Origin: a virus | Reading direction: 5' to 3' (one strand) | DNA: 64,000 bases | IMG/VR virus record: IMGVR_UViG_3300048817_000078 | Span: 6,072 to 70,071 of that record | Part shown: positions 18,780 through 25,876 of the stretch, one piece after another | Numbering within the stretch: position 1 is the first letter of the stretch | Layout of the letters: every line of letters begins with the position of its first letter | Made by a program: the position numbers and the translations under genes | The notes under the pieces: model-generated | What the model was told of the DNA's origin: nothing | The model's database searches: none | The model's input: only the letters and a program-made list of their open reading frames with translations

Positions 18780-19169
18780 TTAAACTGCTGGCGCCGCCGG
18801 TTTGCTCGGCGCCGGAATTGTATTCAAAAGCGCAACGAAGGCATTCGTCCAGTTCGTGATCGTGGTCGAATCCGCAGTGATGCCGCGCTGCTTGAGATAG
18901 TCGATCGCGATCGGCTCCAGCGAAGAAACCACTGCGGCCAACTTCACTGGCCCGGTTGCGGTACCGCTGGCCGCCGCCAGGCCGGTAGCCTCGGCGTTCC
19001 CGAGCATGGCCAAGGTGGATTTCAAGAGGCCGGCCATTCCAGGGAACGCCTCCTCGAGATACGGGTCCGCAGCCGCGTCAAGCTTCTCGGCAATGGGCAG
19101 GCCCTTAACGAAGATTTCCTTGATGACCGAACCGGCGTGGTCAAGGATGGATACAAATGCGTTTGCCAT
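18780..19169 (-). CDS. Ala-rich helical hypothetical protein
   Basis: AGGGGGA RBS before ATG 19169 (MANAFVS). Confidence 0.7.
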   Translation of the reverse strand: MANAFVSILDHAGSVIKEIFVKGLPIAEKLDAAADPYLEEAFPGMAGLLKSTLAMLGNAEATGLAAASGTATGPVKLAAVVSSLEPIAIDYLKQRGITADSTTITNWTNAFVALLNTIPAPSKPAAPAV

Positions 19170-19182
19170 GGAACTATTCCCC

Positions 19183-19383
19183 CTATTCAACGATCTGATA
19201 GACGACCTTTAGCCCCAACCTTTTCAACATAGCCTTGCTCGGGAAACGCTCCCCTCGAAGCACGCGCGAGACCTCCAATTCGGAGCAGCCAAGTGCCTCG
19301 GCGAACTCCTTTCTCGACCGCGCGCCCATCTTGTGTTGCACGAACAAAATCATGTTTTCGGGCTGAACGACGTTCATTGGCAT
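19183..19383 (-). CDS. XRE/Cro-like HTH regulator
   Basis: SRKEFAEALGCSELEVSRVLRGERFPS; divergent from the early operon. Confidence 0.8.
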   Translation of the reverse strand: MPMNVVQPENMILFVQHKMGARSRKEFAEALGCSELEVSRVLRGERFPSKAMLKRLGLKVVYQIVE

Positions 19384-19390
19384 GGCTATC

Positions 19391-19420
19391 ATCTTAAAAA
19401 CCTGGGCCGTTTTCCGTCAA
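19391..19420 (-). promoter_or_regulatory. Sigma70-type leftward promoter (leaderless)
   Basis: TTGACG-N18-TAAGAT, 7 nt upstream of ATG 19383. Confidence 0.65.
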
Positions 19421-19534
19421 ATAGGTTTTACCACACTTTGCGGCTAATAATACAGAAATGTTTTTCAGGCAGCCGTGAACCCTATAAATACAGGGGAAAA
19501 TCGACTTAGTCACAAAAAATAATCCAAAAATGGA

Positions 19535-19564
19535 TTGACAACGGTCTAGCGCCGTGGCTATAGT
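19535..19564 (+). promoter_or_regulatory. Sigma70-type rightward promoter (leaderless)
   Basis: TTGACA-N18-TATAGT with an upstream A-tract, 7 nt before ATG 19572. Confidence 0.7.
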
Positions 19565-19571
19565 TACCGAA

Positions 19572-19796
19572 ATGAGCATCACGGCCCAGGTCGTTTGCGA
19601 TGTCTGCGGGAAACCCAAGGGCGTAGTCAATCACTGGTGGCTGGCTTACGAATCAGTGCGGACGGCATCGATCTATCTAACGCCGTGGAGCGAGGAAAAC
19701 TCCCGGATATGCGGTACCAAGCATCTCTGCGGCCAGCAGTGCGCAAATGTTTTGCAGAATCAGTGGATGGAAAGGAATATATGTCAGTCGCTCTAG
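19572..19796 (+). CDS. Small zinc-finger-like protein
   Basis: CDVCG...NHWW...HLCGQQC. Confidence 0.65.
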   Translation: MSITAQVVCDVCGKPKGVVNHWWLAYESVRTASIYLTPWSEENSRICGTKHLCGQQCANVLQNQWMERNICQSL

Positions 19797-20755
19797 AAGT
19801 ACTTCAGCCGCAGCAGCAGCTTCAGCGCCGCACCCTTGAACCCAACACGATGGCCGAGGCCAAGGAGTTCGCAGAGCTCGCCGCGAAGTCCGACCTGGTC
19901 CCAAAGGACTACAAGGGCAACGCCTTCAATATTCTCATCGCCATTCAGTTCGGCAAGGAACTCGGCGTGCAACCGATGCAGGCGCTCCAGGGGATTGCGG
20001 TTATCAACGGTCGGCCTTCCGTGTGGGGAGACTTGCAGCTCGCCATCGTAAAGTCGCACCCTGAGTGCGAGGACGTTGAAGAAGACGACATGGCCGACAT
20101 CCGGACCCACGAGAAGGCGACCTGCATCGTCAAGCGCAAGGGAAAGAAGCCGGTAAAGCGCAGCTTCTCAAAGGCCGACGCTGTTACGGCGAAGCTTTGG
20201 GACAAGGATGGCCCATGGAAGACCTATCCCTACCGCATGCTCCAGATGCGCGCCCGCGGCTTCGCCTTGCGCGATGCGTTCCCCGATGCGCTGAAGGGGC
20301 TCATAAGCGTTGAGGAGGCTGGCGACTATGAAGGCCCAACGATTGAAGGCCCGTTCCGGTCCATCGCAGAGATGCCACCGCTCGACGAGCCCATTACCCA
20401 GGACGAGGCACGCGAGTTCGGCAAGGCCTGGAAGGCCAGCGGGCGGACGATTGAACAGGCGAAGGCCTGGCTCAAGGAAGCACTAAGCACCGATTCATCG
20501 CTGAAAATTCGCAAGAGCCAACTCCAGAAGGCGATGGCATGGGCCAAGAACGAGCAGCCGGCACCCGCAGAGCAAAACGGCAACGGCAACGCGGAACCGC
20601 ACGACAAGAAGCTCGTCTTCGAGCTGTTCGGGATCTTGCGTTATGACGACGTCCAGCGGGCCCAGGCCGTTAAGGACCACACGGTTCAGGGCGCGAGCAC
20701 GGATTGGAAGACGCTGGCGCTTGAGCTTGAGAAGCAGTTGCCCGTTGAAGGGTAG
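19781..20755 (+). CDS. recT: RecT/Red-beta-like single-strand annealing protein
   Basis: GKELGVQPMQALQGIAVINGRPSVWGD; WKTYPYRMLQMRARGFALRDAFPDAL. Confidence 0.8.
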   Translation: MSVALEVLQPQQQLQRRTLEPNTMAEAKEFAELAAKSDLVPKDYKGNAFNILIAIQFGKELGVQPMQALQGIAVINGRPSVWGDLQLAIVKSHPECEDVEEDDMADIRTHEKATCIVKRKGKKPVKRSFSKADAVTAKLWDKDGPWKTYPYRMLQMRARGFALRDAFPDALKGLISVEEAGDYEGPTIEGPFRSIAEMPPLDEPITQDEAREFGKAWKASGRTIEQAKAWLKEALSTDSSLKIRKSQLQKAMAWAKNEQPAPAEQNGNGNAEPHDKKLVFELFGILRYDDVQRAQAVKDHTVQGASTDWKTLALELEKQLPVEG

Positions 20756-20760
20756 AGAAC

Positions 20761-20903
20761 TCCTGCGGCGACCCGGTGTCGCGCCCGGGGTTGAAACGCT
20801 AGTGGCACCCACATAGCGCGTGAGCCGACGGCTAAGCATGCGGCCTATATAAGCGGCGAATTAAGCGTGGGGCGGTCGGTGAATTTTAATCCGGCCCGCA
20901 GGA
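20761..20903 (+). ncRNA. Candidate 143-nt closed structured RNA
   Basis: Ends pair (TCCTGCG/CGCAGGA) and stack on a 6-bp 3' hairpin; internal hairpins present. Confidence 0.35.
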
Positions 20904-20913
20904 AAAGGATTTT

Positions 20914-21591
20914 ATGGAAGACCTGGCATTCTCATTCGAAGAAGACCGGCACATCTACCGCAACGCCGCGGGCATTGAGCGGCCATCGGTGACCGGCTCG
21001 CTGACGGCGCAGGGCATCTTCAACTTTTCCATGGTGCCTGCAGACGTCTTGGAGAATGCGCGCCGCCGCGGGCGCAACGTCCACAAATGGTGCGCAGAGT
21101 ACGACATCCACGGCTTCATCGACGACACCTGGATGGCAGACGACGAGATCCCATATTTCGAGGCGTGGCTAAAATTTCGCCGCGAAGTTAAGCCCAGGAT
21201 AATCGCCGTCGAGCAGCCCATGCTTGGCTTAATCTGCGGGGTTGAGGTTGGCGGGACTCCAGATGTTGAGGCCTGGATAGGGCCAGTGAGATACATTATC
21301 GACCGAAAGTGTTGCGCCTCAAGGCATCCCGGATGGGCGCTGCAGACTGCGGATTACGAGCTCTTGAAAACCGGCCGCCCGCGCTGCGGCCATTTGGGCC
21401 GAATGTCTGTGCAGCTGTTTCCCACGGGAAGATATGCGGCCATCTGCTACGAAGATCCACGCGACGCGGACGCCGCGATTGCTGCGGTAACGCTCACCGC
21501 CTGGGACGACCAGGCTAACGAAGCCAACGCGGACCATGCCCGCGCAACCCTGAACGCATGGAAGAAGAACCACGGCATAAAGGCCGCGTAG
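20914..21591 (+). CDS. PD-(D/E)XK exonuclease-like protein (RecT partner)
   Basis: PSVTGSL N-terminal motif; GTPD...IIDRK...QTADY. Confidence 0.7.
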   Translation: MEDLAFSFEEDRHIYRNAAGIERPSVTGSLTAQGIFNFSMVPADVLENARRRGRNVHKWCAEYDIHGFIDDTWMADDEIPYFEAWLKFRREVKPRIIAVEQPMLGLICGVEVGGTPDVEAWIGPVRYIIDRKCCASRHPGWALQTADYELLKTGRPRCGHLGRMSVQLFPTGRYAAICYEDPRDADAAIAAVTLTAWDDQANEANADHARATLNAWKKNHGIKAA

Positions 21592-21600
21592 GAGAAGGCT

Positions 21601-22617
21601 ATGACAACTGCAACCGTCATCGAGCTCAAGGATGTTGAATCTGGGCGAATCAAGCAGGCCGGGTACGACGAAGAAAACTTCGTCCTGTATCTCCGGTTCC
21701 ATCCGACCAAGAAGGAGCCCGCCGGGGCGGTCTACGGATACCCAAACGTCGGCGAAGAAATGGCAGATGATTTCTTCCATGCCGATTCCCTTGGCACTTA
21801 CTTCGCCGCGCATCTGCTCAAGAATCCAGACCACCCGTCCTTTAAGGTCGAGGGCGAGCCCGCGGCGGTAGAAGATGAGCCGCAGGTTCCCGCGCAAGCC
21901 GCCGGCATCCCGGAGATCCCGGAGGACGAGGACGAGCTCAAGCTCCAAGCCCTCGCGGTGGCCGTCCAAGTGAAGGCGCTGAGCATCGTCTCGTCCGATG
22001 AGTACCTGGTCGCCGGAAACGAACTGGTGCGCCTGCGCGAGATGCGCAAGCGGGCCCAGGAGCGCGTTGACCGGCTACGCAAGCCGGCCTATGACGCCTA
22101 TCAGGCCACGCTCGAATTGCAGCGCGATGTGATGAAGCCCTATGACGAGGCTGAGGCTTTTCTCGACCGCGGCATGGCGGGATATCGCCAGCGGGAGAAG
22201 AACGAGCGCCTGCGCCTGGAGGCAGAAGAGAACCGCAGGCGCCGCGAAGAGGCCGAGGCTGAAGCCAAGCGCAAAGCGAAGGAGCTGGCCGAGGCTGACG
22301 CCAAAGTGGCCGAGGCGCAAGGCCAGCCGGAAGTAGCTGCGCAGATTCGCCAGCAGCCTTTGCCGTTGACTCCGGTGCGCGTGCAAAATGTAGTCCTGCC
22401 GAAAGATGTCCCGAAGGTAAAGGGCATCATCGAGCGGGCTCCGGTGTGGAAGTGGCGCGTGCGACCGGGCGAAGATCATCTGGTGCCCCGCGAGTATCTC
22501 ACGCTCAACGAGAAGGCCATCAACGCGGCCGTGACTAACCAGAAGAGCTTAACGAACATTGCCGGGATCGAAGTGTGGGACGAGGAAGCGCGGGTTGGGG
22601 TTAAGGCTGCCAAGTGA
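21601..22617 (+). CDS. KTSC domain fused to a Gp157/Gam-like coiled coil
   Basis: VESGRIKQAGYD...YGYPNV...ADSLGTYF N-terminus; long charged helix and a WKWRV...VPREYLTLNEKAI C-terminus. Confidence 0.65.
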   Translation: MTTATVIELKDVESGRIKQAGYDEENFVLYLRFHPTKKEPAGAVYGYPNVGEEMADDFFHADSLGTYFAAHLLKNPDHPSFKVEGEPAAVEDEPQVPAQAAGIPEIPEDEDELKLQALAVAVQVKALSIVSSDEYLVAGNELVRLREMRKRAQERVDRLRKPAYDAYQATLELQRDVMKPYDEAEAFLDRGMAGYRQREKNERLRLEAEENRRRREEAEAEAKRKAKELAEADAKVAEAQGQPEVAAQIRQQPLPLTPVRVQNVVLPKDVPKVKGIIERAPVWKWRVRPGEDHLVPREYLTLNEKAINAAVTNQKSLTNIAGIEVWDEEARVGVKAAK

Positions 22618-22763
22618 CCTATATTTTTCGCTGGAACCGCATGAACCGCAAAGGTCAGCGCTGCCGAGTCCTGGCGCGGGGGAAGATGAACAGTTGCCTC
22701 GTCATCTTCGAGGATGGCTATCTTGCGGTGACGAGCCGCAACGCACTGCGAAGGGAGAAATGA
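22614..22763 (+). CDS. Small conserved phage protein (49 aa)
   Basis: RKGQRCRVLARGKMNSCLVIFEDG...VTSRNAL; GTGA coupling. Not in the provided ORF track. Confidence 0.6.
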   Translation: MTYIFRWNRMNRKGQRCRVLARGKMNSCLVIFEDGYLAVTSRNALRREK

Positions 22764-24086
22764 TTGCCAATTATTAATCTGAACTACACGATGTGGGACG
22801 CGGCCACGCAGGCGAAGGTAGTCGGCTGGCCGCTGCCTGCAACTCCAACCGATCTCTGGGCATACCAGAGGATTGCAGCGGGCGCTGCGGAATATAAGGC
22901 AGCCGGTTTCGATGCTGCCCTCTTCATGCCTTCCACGCTCGGCGCCGGCGGCATCTATAGCGACGGGTATGACCTAAAAGACAATTACACCCTTGATGGC
23001 ACAGCCTGGGGCTCGCAGGCTCAACTGGTGGCGGCGCTGAGCGCTCTACACGCGCAAGGCATGAGCGTTTATGGCGATGTCGTGCTGCACCAGATGGACG
23101 GCTATCCGAACCAGCAGTATAAGACGGCCAAGTTTCCCAAGACGCCACCGTGCTTTGCCCAGGTGCCTGGGCTTCTTGGCTATCCAGGCAACGTGGCCCC
23201 GGACTCCGTGCCTGATCCTTCTGGAGGCTGGCCGGATGGAGACCTGTGCGCCTACGACCAACCCGACCGCTATATGTGGAATGGGGCGATTGCCGCAGCC
23301 CAGTATCTCGCCAGCCTGGGGTTTAACGGCTTTCGCATCGACGAAGCTAAAGACATGCATGCGCCATTCGTGCTCGATCTGATGAACTCCGACACGCTAA
23401 AAGACCTGTTCTTCTTTGCGGAATACTTTGACGGCAATCCATACGCGCTGGCCGGCTACGTAAACTATTGGACCGCGCGCCGCTGCTCGGTGCTGGATTT
23501 CATGTTTAAGTTCAATGTCGGTACTATCTGCAACAACAACAGCCAAGTATGGATGGGCCAGCTATCCCAGATTGGCTACAACATGATCGATTCGATGAAG
23601 GCCGTCACCTTCGTTGAGAACGCCGACAGCGATACCAGTCCGGGCGAGCAGACGATCTGGAACAAGCAACTCGGCTATGACATCATGTTTAGCTTCCCCG
23701 GTGAGCCGATGACCTATTACCGGGACTGGTCTACCGATCCCAACTGCTATGGATTAAAAGCCGGCATCAACAATGGACTCTGGAGATGGAAGAACCTGGC
23801 CCAAGGCGGCTTTGTTACCCGGAATGCCGAATACCAGACCTTTGCGCATGAGCGGCTTGGCTATGGCAGCGCACCTGGGTGCGTCTGCCTATTCAACAAT
23901 GACCAATGGTCCGAACACAGCGTAACCGTGCAGACCCGCTATCCACGTGGCACAAGACTTCATGAATTTACTGGCAACAGTGGATATAATGCTGATAAGT
24001 GGACTGATTGGTGGGGTTGTATCACTGTAACTATCCCTAGAAACGTAAATGGCTGTAACTCTCTGGTTTATGGGGTATACCTATGA
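22764..24086 (+). CDS. GH13 alpha-amylase-family glycoside hydrolase (no signal peptide)
   Basis: GYD..D.Y; GDVVL; GFRIDEAK (nucleophile); FAEYFD (acid/base); FVENADSD; C-terminal beta domain. Confidence 0.85.
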   Translation: MPIINLNYTMWDAATQAKVVGWPLPATPTDLWAYQRIAAGAAEYKAAGFDAALFMPSTLGAGGIYSDGYDLKDNYTLDGTAWGSQAQLVAALSALHAQGMSVYGDVVLHQMDGYPNQQYKTAKFPKTPPCFAQVPGLLGYPGNVAPDSVPDPSGGWPDGDLCAYDQPDRYMWNGAIAAAQYLASLGFNGFRIDEAKDMHAPFVLDLMNSDTLKDLFFFAEYFDGNPYALAGYVNYWTARRCSVLDFMFKFNVGTICNNNSQVWMGQLSQIGYNMIDSMKAVTFVENADSDTSPGEQTIWNKQLGYDIMFSFPGEPMTYYRDWSTDPNCYGLKAGINNGLWRWKNLAQGGFVTRNAEYQTFAHERLGYGSAPGCVCLFNNDQWSEHSVTVQTRYPRGTRLHEFTGNSGYNADKWTDWWGCITVTIPRNVNGCNSLVYGVYL

Positions 24087-24602
24087 CACAAAGGCAGTGG
24101 CTCTCTATCCCAGGATTTTCTAAATACAATGTCAGCGACGATGGGCAGATAGTCCGCGTTGCTGGCGGCCCAGGTTCGCGAGCTGGGCTAATCATGAAGG
24201 CCAGGTTATTCAACGGGTATCTTTCGAATAAAATTGTCGGATGACCAAGGGGTTGTTCGCGAGCGCGGAGTTCATTTCCTTGTAGCTACTGCATTTATTG
24301 GCCCGCGTCCTTCCCAGCATCACGAGGTCGCACATGGAGACGGGCACCGGGCTAATAACGTTGTCGGCAATTTACGTTGGGCAACCAAGATAGAGAATTG
24401 GGCAGACCGCTATATCCATGGCACAGATGCGACCGGAATTCGCAACGGACGCGCAAAGCTAACCGAAGAAAACGTGGCTGCGATCAAGGCCGAGCTTAAA
24501 TCGCCACACCGCCGTGAATTCAGGGATATCGCTCGCCATTACGGCGTCTCTCATGGCCTTATCGGACACATCAATCGGGGCAGGCTTTGGAGCCACATGT
24601 GA
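24083..24602 (+). pseudogene. NUMOD4-HNH homing endonuclease split by a one-base frameshift
   Basis: WLSIPGFSKYNVSDDG...GYL continues as RIKLSDD...VHFLVATAF...H.DG...NN...NL.W after skipping T24224. Confidence 0.75.
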
Positions 24603-24651
24603 TTCCTCGCAACGTCAACGGCTGTAATTCGCTTTGCTACGGAGTTTACCT

Positions 24652-25047
24652 ATGAGCCGGAAGCCAATCCCGGAGCGGTGGCGCGAAAACCTCCTGAGCT
24701 TTTACGATGATCGTCGCCTGATCAAAGAAGAACTGTACGAAGCAGAGAGCGCCGTCGAATCCTTAAAGGCAAACGTTGGATTCTTGAGCGGATCCATCTT
24801 AGCGTACGAGGCGAAGCTGGGCGCAGCCGAGGCCGAGAGGGATGCGCTGCGGGAAGAGCGCAACACGGCGAACAACTACATCCTGGATGGTTGCGGAGGT
24901 CAGGAATATCTCGACGCTCGACTGGCCGCGCTCCAAGCGCAGAACCGGGAACTGCGGGAAGCGCTGGAGTGGATTCGTGAGCACGCGAACTGGTCTTTCG
25001 ATGTCAGGAAGCAAGCCGAAGCAGCGATCGCCAAGACCCACCCATGA
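24652..25047 (+). CDS. Coiled-coil hypothetical protein
   Basis: GGAG RBS; ATGA coupling downstream. Confidence 0.55.
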   Translation: MSRKPIPERWRENLLSFYDDRRLIKEELYEAESAVESLKANVGFLSGSILAYEAKLGAAEAERDALREERNTANNYILDGCGGQEYLDARLAALQAQNRELREALEWIREHANWSFDVRKQAEAAIAKTHP

Positions 25048-25214
25048 GCGATAAAGTATTCAGGTCTTATGAAATAGTCCGGGACAATGAAGGCATGCCT
25101 ACAAGGCTGCTTTGGAACGGCGATTACCGCCTGCCTGCATTGCAAGCAAAGGCTGAGAGGGATCAGAAAAAGCTAGAGGAATATCAGCGAATTTACGGTA
25201 AGAGGAAGCCATGA
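25044..25214 (+). CDS. Hypothetical protein (56 aa)
   Basis: ATGA-coupled at both ends; not in the ORF track. Confidence 0.5.
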   Translation: MSDKVFRSYEIVRDNEGMPTRLLWNGDYRLPALQAKAERDQKKLEEYQRIYGKRKP

Positions 25215-25396
25215 GCGATAAGCTAGATGAAAACTGTCGAGAGGTGTCCCCAGAGGTGAGCTGGATGCGGAATGAGGATGAGGAAATGAACGATGCCATA
25301 TCGATGACTGCGGCAATTCCATGGGGAATAGTGATTGCCCTGGTATCTTTTATTGCTGGATTCCTGGTAGCTGCGCAGAATTGCCCGAAGCCATGA
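25211..25396 (+). CDS. Small membrane protein (61 aa)
   Basis: One hydrophobic helix; ATGA couplings. Confidence 0.5.
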   Translation: MSDKLDENCREVSPEVSWMRNEDEEMNDAISMTAAIPWGIVIALVSFIAGFLVAAQNCPKP

Positions 25397-25641
25397 GCTA
25401 CCGCACCCGGCCCACGCATCACGATTGCGGAGTATGCAACGACAAAGGCTTCGTGCTCCTGGCAGGCGAAGTTTCCCCGTGCCCCGGCTGTAATCCAGAT
25501 AGCGGATATGAGCCGGGAGAGTACCGAGCCGAAATAGTTAAGATTAAGGGGCGCTGCGGCTTTGCGAAGGGCGGGGGCGGGCGAACCTGCCCACTGGAGA
25601 AAGGCCACACCGATGACCATATCTTCGCCTGCGGGCGGTAA
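25393..25641 (+). CDS. Small Cys/His-rich (zinc-binding-like) protein
   Basis: CGVC...CPGC...C...C.L..GH...H. Confidence 0.5.
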   Translation: MSYRTRPTHHDCGVCNDKGFVLLAGEVSPCPGCNPDSGYEPGEYRAEIVKIKGRCGFAKGGGGRTCPLEKGHTDDHIFACGR

Positions 25642-25644
25642 GCC

Positions 25645-25794
25645 ATGAGCTACCGAACGCACCCGACGCATCACGAGATAGCGATGCTGGCGCATGAACT
25701 CTGGGTTAGCCTGGGCAGGCTAAATTGCTCGCAGGAAGTTACGGATGGCATCTGGTGCTGGGCGGAGAGACTTTTGATGGGGAGGGAACCATGA
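25645..25794 (+). CDS. DUF2934-like small protein
   Basis: EIAMLAHELW...W.WAERLL pattern. Confidence 0.5.
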   Translation: MSYRTHPTHHEIAMLAHELWVSLGRLNCSQEVTDGIWCWAERLLMGREP

Positions 25795-25876
25795 TGTGGG
25801 CAATCAAGATGTTGTTTCTGTGGCGATGGCGCCTCGGGTATTGGGACTGGGATGCGTTCCTCGCGGCGGTGAAACC

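Noticed and set aside
18498-19232. 244-aa plus-strand ORF
   Set aside because: Antisense to genes with good RBS/promoter; Arg-rich shadow-frame composition.
25796-25876. Longer start for the beta-propeller (630 aa)
   Set aside because: ATG 25877 starts the twin-Arg signal and is ATGA-coupled to a preceding mini-ORF.
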